The notes: a model not told the origin generated them from the sequence alone. 64,000 nt of DNA from Saprospiraceae bacterium (GCA_026982695.1 JALSGS010000013.1:22133-86132); one strand, 5' to 3'. Positions 9,971 to 20,697 are shown, counted from the first letter of the stretch. Program-made: numbers and translations.

Positions 9971-10026
9971 CGCTACCGATATCATCACAACACCTTCCTT
10001 ATAGAGAAGGCTCAAATCCATGAAAA

Positions 10027-10821
10027 ATGACGCACCCCATAGATGAACTATTCCGAAAGCAGGCCAAGTGTGTGCAAAGTATGCCGCCAAAACAAGCCTG
10101 GCAGCGCCTAGTGCAGCGCCTTGACCGACATCAGCGCCATAAATCGACTATATGGCTGCGCTGGAGCATGGCAGCTACTCTACTAGCTCTCATCATTGCC
10201 CTGAGCTATTTTGCCACCTCAATCCGCCCACGCGATTTTACGCTCGCTTCAGCCCAAGAGGGCTGGGAAGAGCTGAGCATGCCCCCCCCTTCTCCCTACA
10301 CCTCGGTGGTCAATCGCTGGCAAATATATCAGCACGCCCTACCATCAGGGGCTTCCGCCACTCACATGCGTCGTCTCCTTTTGCGCAGTGAGTCAATGCA
10401 TGGCAAGCTCCAACTCACCGAAGCAGGCATGGTACGAGCAGCAGTACAACTGATAGGCTTGTGGCAGGGCAGCCAGCATCAACTTTTATTACAGCAGCAA
10501 CAAAACCACATTACTGCTTGGCGGATCGACAGCACTTCGGCTACGCCCCTTTTCAAGCTCGAAGGCAATCAATTTATATTGCTGTCTACACAAGCTCGCA
10601 TGGCTACTCGACTGCAATGCAAAGTACGAGCAGATGGCTTTACGTTTCTCAAATCGACCTGGATGGGCGAAATCACTTTGGCATTCCATCCACAAGCCAA
10701 CGAATGGCACCTGACGTGCCGTCAAGGCACCACATGGTACGACATGCTCGAACCATTGCTAGGTCCTGCCGATCGCCATCACGATAACCCTACCTGGATT
10801 TTCCATAGAACAGGGTATTGA
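10027..10821 (+). CDS. Putative anti-sigma factor / membrane-anchored regulator partner of the ECF sigma
   Basis: Lies 56 nt downstream of the ECF sigma gene. It has a short cytoplasmic N-terminus, a single TM (WLRWSMAATLLALIIALSYFA) and an extracytoplasmic C-terminal domain. Assigned by position and topology only. Confidence 0.5.
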   Translation: MTHPIDELFRKQAKCVQSMPPKQAWQRLVQRLDRHQRHKSTIWLRWSMAATLLALIIALSYFATSIRPRDFTLASAQEGWEELSMPPPSPYTSVVNRWQIYQHALPSGASATHMRRLLLRSESMHGKLQLTEAGMVRAAVQLIGLWQGSQHQLLLQQQQNHITAWRIDSTSATPLFKLEGNQFILLSTQARMATRLQCKVRADGFTFLKSTWMGEITLAFHPQANEWHLTCRQGTTWYDMLEPLLGPADRHHDNPTWIFHRTGY

Positions 10822-10866
10822 GGCGTATCGCCTCTCCATTTAGGCCAGGCACATTAACTTGGCCTC

Positions 10867-12105
10867 ATGGATCAGTACACATTCACGCAGCTAATCGTGG
10901 CTTTGGGGTTAGGTCTATTGGCCGGTCTACAACGCGAGACGACCCAATCGCGCATCGCAGGCATGCGCACTTTTGCACTTATTGCTATATTGGGTTTGCT
11001 ATCGGGCTGGCTAGCAAAAGGGCTATGTGCTCCGATTATTTTGGTAGCTGGTGTGGCATCGTTGGCCTTTCTGCTATTTATCGCTAACTATCTCAAGAGT
11101 CTCAGCGACACACCCGATGCAGGTCTTACCACCGAAATTGCCGTATTGGTCATGTACCTGCTGTGTGCCTACCTCGCCTGGGGGCATATCACAGAAGTAG
11201 TTGTCTTAGGTGGCATCGTAGCGTTACTACTATATCTAAAAGGCCCCTTGCGCCAATTTGCACGCAAGCTAGGTGAAGCAGACTTGCGCGCTATTTTTCA
11301 ATTCGTTGCGCTGAGCCTCGTCATTTTGCCCATTTTGCCCAACAAGACATATGGTCCTTACCAAGTACTCAATCCCTTTGAAATATGGCTGATGGTTGTG
11401 CTCATTACGGGTATTGGGCTGACGGGCTATTTCGCATGGAAATGGCTGGGCCATAAAAGTGGTACCATTGTGACGGGATTGTTAGGCGGTCTGATCTCCT
11501 CTACCGCCACCACACTGAGCTACGCACGGCGCTGTCGCGAAGCCCCTACGCTGATACCTGTAGCCAACCTGATTATCCTATTGGCTTCTGCTGTTTCCAT
11601 TGTACGGGTCATCATCGAAATCGCAATGGTGGCGCCTTCACACGCTCGACAAATGTTGCCTGCTCTTTTCTTGCTCTTGTCGGTAGCAAGCTTTATCGTA
11701 TGGTGGTACTACCGCAAACTCGAACATATGCCGGTCATAGTCCGGCCTACTCACGAAAACCCCGCTGAGTTGAAAAGTGCACTTATTTTCGGACTACTCT
11801 ACGGCCTCATCATTTGGGCTGTAGCTGCCAGCCAAGCCCATTGGGGCGAATCGGGCTTGGCTGTAGTTTCTTTTCTCAGTGGGCTTACCGACATGGATGC
11901 CATCACTTTGTCGTTGGCCAACTCTGTCAATCAGCGGCGGCTATACCCCTCAGAGGGCAGTCGCTATATTCTTTTAGCTACTGCATCTAACACCTTATTC
12001 AAGGGAGCACTGGCCACACTCATCGGTGGGAGCACCCTGGGGCGCAAGCTTGCCATTCCCTTTGGCGCGCTTGTCGCTACAGCATTGTCGCTGGCCTTTT
12101 TATAA
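10867..12105 (+). CDS. MgtC/SapB family membrane protein with a DUF4010-type C-terminal extension
   Basis: 412 aa and polytopic. The N-terminal LGLGLLAGLQRE...AGMRTFALIAILG is the MgtC-family signature. The long extra TM region matches the DUF4010 architecture. Confidence 0.7.
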   Translation: MDQYTFTQLIVALGLGLLAGLQRETTQSRIAGMRTFALIAILGLLSGWLAKGLCAPIILVAGVASLAFLLFIANYLKSLSDTPDAGLTTEIAVLVMYLLCAYLAWGHITEVVVLGGIVALLLYLKGPLRQFARKLGEADLRAIFQFVALSLVILPILPNKTYGPYQVLNPFEIWLMVVLITGIGLTGYFAWKWLGHKSGTIVTGLLGGLISSTATTLSYARRCREAPTLIPVANLIILLASAVSIVRVIIEIAMVAPSHARQMLPALFLLLSVASFIVWWYYRKLEHMPVIVRPTHENPAELKSALIFGLLYGLIIWAVAASQAHWGESGLAVVSFLSGLTDMDAITLSLANSVNQRRLYPSEGSRYILLATASNTLFKGALATLIGGSTLGRKLAIPFGALVATALSLAFL

Positions 12106-12142
12106 CTTCTGCAACGACCCAACGCGCTCCTTTCTTGAGCAC

Positions 12143-15100
12143 CTATGGTTCCTTGCCAGCATGGCTGTCATCGACTTGCGAAGGGACAGGTCGTTCGGCT
12201 AAAGGCAATTCCACTACAAACTCGGTGCTTCGTTCTGGGATAGAGTTAAAAGAGATATGCCCGCCCATGGCCTGTACCAGGTTGCGACAAATGGCCAACC
12301 CCAAACCTGAACCCGAGCTCTTGGTCGTAAAGTTGGGCACAAACACCTTGGATTGCAATTCTTCAGGTATACCTCGACCATTATCTCGCACGCGGATCGC
12401 CACACGTGATGGGTCAAATTCACTGCGTCGTACACTGATATGCACTTGTCCGATCCTGTCTGGCGGGATTGCCTGAATGGCATTTTTGACCAAGTTGTTG
12501 AGTACGCGCATTAGATGTGCTTTATCTACATATACATATAGAGGCTCATCGGCCAGTGCTAAGCTCAACTGAACGTCCTCACGCTCATTGCTGAACAGTT
12601 GATAGACAGAAGAAACTAGCTCGTTAAGCTCAAAAAGCTCGGGCTGAGGCTGAGGCAGCTTGGCAAAGTTCGAAAACTCACTGGCAATGCGCGTCAGTTC
12701 CTCTATTTGCTCGATAATCGTTTGTGCCACGCGCTTGAACATAGGTCCAATCTGATCTTGGTTCATCTCATAAGCCCGAAGCAAATATTGAATGCTGAGT
12801 TTCATCGGCGTTAGTGGGTTCTTGATTTCATGAGCTACCTGCTTGGCCATCTCGCGCCATGCGCCTTCGCGCTCGCGTTGAGCGAGTTCCTTCTTTGCTT
12901 CATCCAACTTGAACAACATTCGGTTGTATTCGCTGATGAGTTCGCCCAACTCATCTCGACTCGACCAACGCAATGGTTCATTTCGACCATCGAGCCGCAA
13001 GCGGCGCAAGCCTTCACCCAAATCGGTCAAAGGCTTCGTGATTGAGTTGGCTACTAACACCGCCATGGCCGAAGCAATGATAAGTATCAATACATAGACA
13101 TTGAGCAAAGCCCCCATGAAACTGGCCACCTCGCTGTTTTTCTCCCGCAAATGCGCATAATAGGGTAGCCCCATATAAGCCACAATGCGTTCTTGTGGGT
13201 CGCGCAGTGCTACGTAAGCCACTTTATACTTCAGCTTGCCGATCGTCTCGTCCAGTATGGCCAACTTATAGCCCTGCATAGCAAGTGCATACCACGCATG
13301 CCCATTAATCAAAGGAGGAACGATACCCCGCTGATAGATGTCCTCTTCAGAAGAACTGATTAAACGACCGCGTGTGTCGTACAAGTTTACATCTAGGCGA
13401 TGCACGCGCGATAAAGGCACGGTAAGCGCATGGAGGTCTATTTCCCCCTCCAAACGGTTCAAAATGGCAATCTCATGCTCGGCATGAGTTTTGGCTGCCG
13501 TCATTTTGCGCTCCAGGCGGTTTTCGTGATAAGCATTTGTCGACTCCTTGAAGTAGGAGAAGGTGGTAAAACCTATCATAAAAAAAGAAGCTAGAAATAG
13601 GCCTATTACAGAGTATTGAATGCGGTTGCGCAAAGGCGGCAAGCTGGGCAGCTCCAACGCAATAGCTGGTGGCAAAAAGTGGAATGTCGAATTGAGCATT
13701 GCCAGAATGATCGTAATGACAACCCAAAGGGTAAACAAATAAGAAAAAAGTGAGACAAATACCTTGATGCTTTCCTCTTTGCGCCCGATCACTACCGTAA
13801 TATCCTCCTCACTTTGATAGATGACATAGCACAAGCCATCGCCAGGCTCAACGAGGCGATGTCCACCTGCAGGTGGTGGAGGAAGCATTAGCCAGGTGCT
13901 GAAATCACGCTCCCCACCCGAATCTACCAATTTGCCATGCTGATATACCGCCCAAGAATACTGATTGAGCAGGTCCATGTTTTTGTAGGGGTGCTGGAGC
14001 AACAGTTCGGAATACACCATGCTGGGTTTATCCTTCCGTCGCTGTATCTCCACCACCGTGAGCAACCCATCGCTCTGTTCTGCTGCCCCATAGCCAGGCC
14101 ATGCTTCCACCCACAAATACGCAAAGTGGCTATTGCCATCCGACCAAAAGTACAGATCGCGCTCGTCAACTGACTCATGCCTGTGCTCCAGACGCACTGC
14201 ATCAAGCGCATATTGAAGACGCAAGAACACGCCACGACCCATAGCGGATGCTGCCGCTGATATAGGCAAAGTATCGCGCAGGTGATAAGAAAAGAACTCG
14301 TAAGTGTAATTGTTAAGCAAGTACTTATTGGCCAAAAAGTATTTACTGATCCATGCCTCAATGTAATTACTTACTTCTTCAATGGCAGGACTATCTCGTT
14401 CAAAGAGTTTGAGCTTGGCCTTTAAATCCTCATCTAACGAGACGATGTGTTTTTCCAACAAAGGATCGGAAAAAGTGGATAGCTGTTTAGCATAATTCAA
14501 TTGGCGACGTAAATCTTTTTGGCTATTGAAGAAATAGAGCAAGCCTGCCGTAAAAGCTGACATAGCAATAAGCCACCCTAACAACCAAGACAATCCAGGT
14601 GACTCGTCGTCCAAAAAGAAATCGAACAACGTCATGTAAATCACACAGAGGACCATGAGCACTTCTACCGGCACCATAATCGAGTGAAAATGCTCAAACA
14701 AGGACATGATGCCGAAAGCTATCACCACAGCTCCTATCATCGACAAAAGCCGCTCTTTTTTGGTCAGCCCGATGTGCAACACCGTAAGCATCATGCGATG
14801 GCTAAACAAAAACAGCGAAAAGAGCATCAACATGATTGCAGCAATGGCGAGCACTCCTTCCAACCTGATTTCCAAGAAATTCTGAAGCGAAAAATCAATA
14901 TCCGAATCGAGCACCAAGTTTTGGATCACATCTACTATCGCCACAATACCTGCCACTACTGCTGCCTGATTGAACATCGACAAGCCCACCGCAGCCCCTT
15001 TATAGCGCACGGGCTGACGCATCACTTCGAATTCGCGGTGAAAGAAAACCATCATCCACAATAGTAGCCCTACGTTGAGTAGCAAGTCACCTAATGTGCT

Positions 15101-15973
15101 TTCAAAAATTCGCGTACGCATCACCTCTGCCATGCCGCCCACCCCCTCAAATCGGGCGGCCCAATCGTACATCAGCATTGCAGCCCGCAATAGCCCAATA
15201 GCAGCCATCAAGAATAAGGCTCCTACAAAAGGCTTGTAGGTATTGACTAAGTGTACCGCTATGCCATTGATTAGCAACATCGCTGCTATGCCCGATGCCA
15301 CCATCAAGAAAAATAACAGCTGATAAAAGTGCCTATCTTTGAACGGCTGCTCGGCATAAAGCCAAAAAACCGGCACCCCATCAGCCTGGACCACAGCTTG
15401 CCCTGATGGGTGAGCACGTACTTGTACCTGAGGGGGAATGGCCGGAAAAGCGGGAAATTCATTGCGCAAGTATGCACTCTGAAGGGGAAACTCGTAGCGC
15501 ACAGGCATGAGCACATACAAATCAAGAGATTGAGCCTCATCCAACCGCCATTTGTGCAATAAATACCAGCCATTAGACAGATGCACCAAACGATACGGTG
15601 TGCCCCACGAAGCTACCTGCTGCAAGATGCTGTCGGGTAAAGCAGCCTGCAAACGCCCCCATAGTAATAGGGAATCCTTTCGATAAACAAAGATATTAAA
15701 GGGCAACTGGGCCAATTGGTTGAAAAACGCAAAATCCGACGCTTGCGTGCTATCGGGATGTGTACTGCCCTCAGCTAACCTAACTAGCGCTTCTTTGCGC
15801 TCAAGCAGGTATTGCGCCTCTTCTTGCCATTGTATTAGGCGTTCAGACAGCTGCGTCGCATATCGCTCTAAGAACCACGAAGGTCCTAACCACTGGGGCA
15901 ACCCAAAAAGTAGCAACAAACTGATTATACAGATAGCAGCATAGGTATATAACAGGCTCTTTTTATTGTACAC
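12143..15973 (-). CDS. Large multi-TM sensor histidine kinase (NtrY-like HisKA/HATPase core); no cognate response regulator in the window
   Basis: 1276 aa. H-box EMAKQVAHEIKNPLTPMKLSIQYL, N-box LMRVLNNLVKNAIQA, G-boxes RDNGRGIP and GSGLGLAI, and a HAMP-like linker after the last TM. The N-terminal ~950 aa carry many TM helices and two large extracytoplasmic segments. Confidence 0.85.
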   Translation of the reverse strand: MYNKKSLLYTYAAICIISLLLLFGLPQWLGPSWFLERYATQLSERLIQWQEEAQYLLERKEALVRLAEGSTHPDSTQASDFAFFNQLAQLPFNIFVYRKDSLLLWGRLQAALPDSILQQVASWGTPYRLVHLSNGWYLLHKWRLDEAQSLDLYVLMPVRYEFPLQSAYLRNEFPAFPAIPPQVQVRAHPSGQAVVQADGVPVFWLYAEQPFKDRHFYQLLFFLMVASGIAAMLLINGIAVHLVNTYKPFVGALFLMAAIGLLRAAMLMYDWAARFEGVGGMAEVMRTRIFESTLGDLLLNVGLLLWMMVFFHREFEVMRQPVRYKGAAVGLSMFNQAAVVAGIVAIVDVIQNLVLDSDIDFSLQNFLEIRLEGVLAIAAIMLMLFSLFLFSHRMMLTVLHIGLTKKERLLSMIGAVVIAFGIMSLFEHFHSIMVPVEVLMVLCVIYMTLFDFFLDDESPGLSWLLGWLIAMSAFTAGLLYFFNSQKDLRRQLNYAKQLSTFSDPLLEKHIVSLDEDLKAKLKLFERDSPAIEEVSNYIEAWISKYFLANKYLLNNYTYEFFSYHLRDTLPISAAASAMGRGVFLRLQYALDAVRLEHRHESVDERDLYFWSDGNSHFAYLWVEAWPGYGAAEQSDGLLTVVEIQRRKDKPSMVYSELLLQHPYKNMDLLNQYSWAVYQHGKLVDSGGERDFSTWLMLPPPPAGGHRLVEPGDGLCYVIYQSEEDITVVIGRKEESIKVFVSLFSYLFTLWVVITIILAMLNSTFHFLPPAIALELPSLPPLRNRIQYSVIGLFLASFFMIGFTTFSYFKESTNAYHENRLERKMTAAKTHAEHEIAILNRLEGEIDLHALTVPLSRVHRLDVNLYDTRGRLISSSEEDIYQRGIVPPLINGHAWYALAMQGYKLAILDETIGKLKYKVAYVALRDPQERIVAYMGLPYYAHLREKNSEVASFMGALLNVYVLILIIASAMAVLVANSITKPLTDLGEGLRRLRLDGRNEPLRWSSRDELGELISEYNRMLFKLDEAKKELAQREREGAWREMAKQVAHEIKNPLTPMKLSIQYLLRAYEMNQDQIGPMFKRVAQTIIEQIEELTRIASEFSNFAKLPQPQPELFELNELVSSVYQLFSNEREDVQLSLALADEPLYVYVDKAHLMRVLNNLVKNAIQAIPPDRIGQVHISVRRSEFDPSRVAIRVRDNGRGIPEELQSKVFVPNFTTKSSGSGLGLAICRNLVQAMGGHISFNSIPERSTEFVVELPLAERPVPSQVDDSHAGKEP

Positions 15974-16302
15974 GATAATTCGTTTGGTTGTCTGTCTACG
16001 TGTATCTCAATCCAAATTCAACAATTCAATACGCCGCCCACCGTCCCTGTGGCACATATTCGAAACAATCACAGTTATCTATTCAGATCAAGTTAGGGGG
16101 GGAAGATGCGGATAGCCACACAGGTAGCTTATAATGAGGCAAATTTAAATATATAAACATAATAGCATACTGGTTTTTAGGATAATGACATCGCATATAC
16201 CATAGCACAATAGCTTCAGCTTAAAATTTCAAGCTATCTTGTAGGCCATTTTTTGTTTGTTACAGCGGCTCAAAAAACGATGATCCATAAGCTCACAGCA
16301 TT

Positions 16303-17610
16303 ATGTTAGAATCGACATCCACACCACTAAATGACAAACGCATCATTAATGCATGGGCGCTTTTTGACTGGGCCAATTCGTCCTATGCTTTGACTATTTC
16401 CGTGGCTATATTTCCCGCCTATTATGCCAGTGTGACAGACGAATGGGTTCAGGTATTAGGCCAAACTATTCCCAATACAGCACTTTATGCCTATGCCATC
16501 TCTGCCGCATATCTGCTCTTAGCCATTGTATCCCCTGTACTCAGCAGCATTGCCGACTATAGTGGCAAAAAAATGTGGTTTTTGCGCTTTTTCACTACAG
16601 TAGGTGCCCTCTCATGTGTGTCGCTATTCTTCTTTCAGGGCATGGAACAGCTGGCACTGGGCACCATTGCATTTATGTTGGCTACAATTGGTTTTGCTGG
16701 CGGGCTAGTATTCTATAATGCCTATTTGCCAGAGATCGTTACAGAAGACTTATACGACAGAGTCAGTGCAAAAGGTTTCGCTTATGGCTACATCGGTAGT
16801 GTCCTATTGCTCATCACCAATTTGGTGATCATTATGCACCCCAATTGGTTTGGCATCAAGGAAGAAAGCTCCTTATCCGTGCGCATAGCTTTCGTCATGG
16901 TAGGGCTGTGGTGGTTTGGCTTTGCGCTCATCCCTTTTACTCGCCTACCTCAAAACACTCACAACAAGCCCATGGACCAGCTATTGAAACGCAGTTTGGA
17001 AGAGCTGCGTAAGGTTTGGCACGTAGTGAGCCAAGAGCGCAATATCAAGCTGTTCCTTTTTGCCTTTTTTTGCTACAGCGCTGGTGTACAGACAGTTTTG
17101 TTCTTAGCCTCTATTTTTGCTGAAAAGGAATTGCACTTTGCCACTTCCGAGCTCGTCGGCATCATTCTCATACTACAAATTGTAGCCATTGGAGGAGCAT
17201 GGCTCTTTGCCCGCATCTCGGAGTGGAAAGGCAATAAATTCGCACTGGTAGCCATGCTGCTTATCTGGACGAGTATCTGTTTTTGGGCCTATTTCGTCAT
17301 GAATAAGCTCGAGTTTTACGCACTGGCGGTAGGTGTCGGCATGGTCATGGGGGGCATTCAGTCATTATCGCGCTCCACCTATTCCAAGCTCATCCCCGAA
17401 GGCGCACACGACACCACTTCTTTCTTTAGCTTCTACGACATTTTGGAGAAACTAGCCATTGTGCTAGGCACCTTTTCCTTTGGCTTTATCGAACAGCTTA
17501 CTGGAGGCATGCGCAACAGTGTTTTGGCTTTAGGTGCATTCTTCTTGGCTGGTTTGGCCATCTTGCTATTTGTACGCATACAACATGCTCATGCCGATGT
17601 GGACGTATAG
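16303..17610 (+). CDS. MFS transporter, UMF1 (Atg22-like) family
   Basis: 435 aa with about 12 TM. The N-terminal INAWALFDWANSSYALTISVAIFPAYY is characteristic of the UMF1 family. Confidence 0.8.
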   Translation: MLESTSTPLNDKRIINAWALFDWANSSYALTISVAIFPAYYASVTDEWVQVLGQTIPNTALYAYAISAAYLLLAIVSPVLSSIADYSGKKMWFLRFFTTVGALSCVSLFFFQGMEQLALGTIAFMLATIGFAGGLVFYNAYLPEIVTEDLYDRVSAKGFAYGYIGSVLLLITNLVIIMHPNWFGIKEESSLSVRIAFVMVGLWWFGFALIPFTRLPQNTHNKPMDQLLKRSLEELRKVWHVVSQERNIKLFLFAFFCYSAGVQTVLFLASIFAEKELHFATSELVGIILILQIVAIGGAWLFARISEWKGNKFALVAMLLIWTSICFWAYFVMNKLEFYALAVGVGMVMGGIQSLSRSTYSKLIPEGAHDTTSFFSFYDILEKLAIVLGTFSFGFIEQLTGGMRNSVLALGAFFLAGLAILLFVRIQHAHADVDV

Positions 17611-18160
17611 CACGCTATCGCTACTGTTGAGCGCCATGATTTGCTTGCCGTCAATGGCTCAACCTAACTTACCCCGTGCCTTCCGGCAAAAACTGCAACG
17701 CTGTGGCCTCGAACTGCTCTGGCCCACTGAAGCACGCTACCGATCTATTTATGTAGCTACTACCCCTATCCAGTATTGCGACTATGCCATGCGCTCGGCC
17801 CGAGAAGGCATCGAAATACGATATGCCATCTACCCATGGACAGCCGATCAACCCGCCAGCCAACATCCTCAGCTGCTGGCTATGCGCGCCGCTGCCTCTG
17901 TGGCTACTAACGACCAAGCCTATCTCATCACTATGCGCTATCTCAACGAACAAGAGCTGCATACCTTTGGGGCGGACGGAGGCGTAGTCTATCATTTCAA
18001 GCCTAAAGCCGCCTTTACCACCTATCGCCACTGCCGGTTGTTAGCCATCTACAATGAAGGACGAGGTACAGCTTTGGTATTTTGGCTATTTGACCAGCCC
18101 AACAACCCAGCCCTCGACCTGCGCTACTACGCCTTGCGCTTCAACCCGCAGCCTGAATAA
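17597..18160 (+). CDS. Hypothetical secreted protein
   Basis: The ORF 17534..18160 is trimmed to MWTYSTLSLLLSAMICLPSMAQP (signal peptide). It overlaps the MFS gene stop by 14 nt. No domain recognised. Confidence 0.5.
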   Translation: MWTYSTLSLLLSAMICLPSMAQPNLPRAFRQKLQRCGLELLWPTEARYRSIYVATTPIQYCDYAMRSAREGIEIRYAIYPWTADQPASQHPQLLAMRAAASVATNDQAYLITMRYLNEQELHTFGADGGVVYHFKPKAAFTTYRHCRLLAIYNEGRGTALVFWLFDQPNNPALDLRYYALRFNPQPE

Positions 18161-18191
18161 AGATGCGCTTATATTACTACCCTAACCCGAC

Positions 18192-20684
18192 ATGAGCCAA
18201 ATGCGTATCGCACTACAATCTCTGCACACTACCCTGAGCCATCACTTGGATCAATGGCGAACACGCTACCAACAGGCCCTTCAACGACACCCACGTCGTA
18301 CAGCTATATTCACCTTCATTCTCATGGGTATGGCAGCTGGAGTGTGGGCTATCTTCTATCTCTTCCTTCTAGTATACTTGGGGGTATTCGGTCCATTACC
18401 CACCTACGAAGCATTACGCCAATTACGCCAAGAAGAAGCCTCGATCGTGTTTAGTGCCGACCAACAGCGGCTGGGCCTCTTGTATCGCACGAACCGCATC
18501 TTGGCCGAAGCCGAAGAAATTCCTCCTTTTTTGCACCAAGCACTCATCGCTACAGAAGATGCACGCTTCTTCGAGCACTCGGGAATCGACCTCATTGCCT
18601 TAGCACGCGTACTGATTAAAAGTCTACTGCTTTTTGACCAACGCGCTGGCGGTGGCAGCACTCTTACCCAACAATTAGCTAAAAACCTCTATCCACGCCG
18701 AGACTACAGCTTGCTGAGCTTACCCGTGAACAAAGTGCGCGAAATGATCATCGCACACCGCCTTGAACACCTCTACGACAAAGAGACATTGCTACTGATG
18801 TATCTCAATACAGTGCCTTTTGGTCACAATGCTTGGGGCATTAAAATGGCCGCGTGGCGCTACTTTGGCAAATCGCCCCATGAGCTGCTGCCCGAAGAAA
18901 TGGCCATACTCATAGGCATACTCAAGGGCACTTCCTATTACGATCCCATCGCTCACCCCGAACGAGCCCGAACACGCCGCAATGTAGTGCTACATCGCAT
19001 GTACACCATGCAGCTGATTGACAGCTCGCAGTACGACAGCCTTAGCCGATTGCCACTTCAACTCAATATTCACGAAGCTACTGCCGACCAAAAAGCCCCC
19101 TACTTGCTGGCGCTATTGCAACGACAACTACCACTACTGCTCGAAGAAGTCCCCTGGTACAACAATCGCCCTTGGAATATCTACACCGATGGGCTGCGCA
19201 TATACACCACTATCGATGCTCGCTTGCAGCTTTTAGCTGAACAGAGCCTACAACAAGTCATGCCCAACCTGGAACGCGCCTTTGCCCGCGACTGGGGCCG
19301 ACGTGCTGCCATACCTACCGATCTACTATGGCAAGTGGCGCGAAAAAGCTCGCGCTATCAGAGCTGGCTTCGTCAAGGATATATTCCCACACAAGCCGAT
19401 TCATTGATGGCCCACTGGCAAACACCCATGACGCTATTTGACTGGCAAGCCCCTCACTACCTCAAACGAGACACATGTAGCCCTTTAGATTCCATAGCTC
19501 ACTACCTACAACTGATCCATGCTGGCCTGCTAGCAGTAGCTCCCAATACTGGAGCTATAAAGGTTTGGGTAGGTGGTATCGATTGGCGTTTCTTTCAATA
19601 CGATCAGGTGCGTGCTTTTCGGCAAACAGGTTCGCTGTTTAAGCCTATTGTATTTGCTGCTGCCCTGGAAGCAGGATGGAAACCTTGCGACTATCTGCCA
19701 GTACAAGAAGCGGGGTGGGCCCAAGCTGACGGCACCTTCTGGAAGCCACGCAATGCACACCAGGAAGACGCAGGTGTGCGATCGCTCACATCGGCGTTGG
19801 CTCGTTCTACCAATACCATAGCCGCACGGCTACTCTATGAGGTAGGCCTTGACCGAGTGCGCGCATTGGCCAAACGTGCTGGCCTGTCTCAACCCATACC
19901 CCAAGTACCCTCTATTGCCCTGGGAACAGCTACCGCTTCCCTAGAGGAAATGGTTGCCTTCTACGCAGCTATTTGTCACGAAGGTTTATTGCCGCCCCTA
20001 TGGTACATCCAACGTATTGAAACGCGACAAGGTGACACGCTATGGGTGCATCCTCCACCCGATCCCGACCACTGGCCTCGCATCATGAGCGACTCGGCCG
20101 CTTACGCACTCAGGCGCATGTTGCAAGCCGTCATAGACGACACGGCCGGTACGGCGCATAGCTTGCGCACCCATTATGGCCTACCAGGGCCCCTATTAGG
20201 AAAAACGGGCACCACCCAACGCCAAGCCGATAGCTGGTTTATCGCTGCAAGCCCCCGGCTTGTCGTCGGTGCACGCACAGGGCACGAATACCCTCGCGTA
20301 CATTGGCGCAGCATGCGCGGCCAGGCAGCACTTACCGCACTGCCTCTTGTAGGAACCTTCTTGCGCAAAGCGTATCGACAGCGAAGTACACGCCATTACT
20401 TTAACGGGTTGTTTCCCCTCTTGTATTTTGGCCCCGAATTCAACACCAACTGCCCACCGTGGTTACCAGATTCGAGCTGGATCCAGTGGGTACACCACCC
20501 TGCCGTGCCACCCAATCTGCTCTACTTCACCCTCGAGCGCTACAAGCGCTGGCAACGCGACTCGCTCACCGCTCAACTGCCCTTTCACCTGCCTTGGCAT
20601 TGGCAAAAAGCACGGCCTACACCTCATCCACCCCGCCATATGCGCAAGAACAACAAAAAGCGCTGGTGGCACCGAATCTTCTAA
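18192..20684 (+). CDS. mrcA: Penicillin-binding protein 1A family (bifunctional glycosyltransferase / transpeptidase)
   Basis: GT51 motifs ATEDARFFEHSGID and GGSTLTQQLAKN. Transpeptidase SxxK (GSLFKP). N-terminal TM anchor. Unusually basic C-terminal tail. Confidence 0.9.
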   Translation: MSQMRIALQSLHTTLSHHLDQWRTRYQQALQRHPRRTAIFTFILMGMAAGVWAIFYLFLLVYLGVFGPLPTYEALRQLRQEEASIVFSADQQRLGLLYRTNRILAEAEEIPPFLHQALIATEDARFFEHSGIDLIALARVLIKSLLLFDQRAGGGSTLTQQLAKNLYPRRDYSLLSLPVNKVREMIIAHRLEHLYDKETLLLMYLNTVPFGHNAWGIKMAAWRYFGKSPHELLPEEMAILIGILKGTSYYDPIAHPERARTRRNVVLHRMYTMQLIDSSQYDSLSRLPLQLNIHEATADQKAPYLLALLQRQLPLLLEEVPWYNNRPWNIYTDGLRIYTTIDARLQLLAEQSLQQVMPNLERAFARDWGRRAAIPTDLLWQVARKSSRYQSWLRQGYIPTQADSLMAHWQTPMTLFDWQAPHYLKRDTCSPLDSIAHYLQLIHAGLLAVAPNTGAIKVWVGGIDWRFFQYDQVRAFRQTGSLFKPIVFAAALEAGWKPCDYLPVQEAGWAQADGTFWKPRNAHQEDAGVRSLTSALARSTNTIAARLLYEVGLDRVRALAKRAGLSQPIPQVPSIALGTATASLEEMVAFYAAICHEGLLPPLWYIQRIETRQGDTLWVHPPPDPDHWPRIMSDSAAYALRRMLQAVIDDTAGTAHSLRTHYGLPGPLLGKTGTTQRQADSWFIAASPRLVVGARTGHEYPRVHWRSMRGQAALTALPLVGTFLRKAYRQRSTRHYFNGLFPLLYFGPEFNTNCPPWLPDSSWIQWVHHPAVPPNLLYFTLERYKRWQRDSLTAQLPFHLPWHWQKARPTPHPPRHMRKNNKKRWWHRIF

Positions 20685-20697
20685 TTATCTAGCCCCC

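Noticed and set aside
16096-16102. G7 tract in the divergent promoter region between the histidine kinase and MFS genes, considered as a phase-variation tract.
   Set aside because: It is only 7 nt, it is not positioned between recognisable -33 and -7 elements, and there is no supporting evidence.
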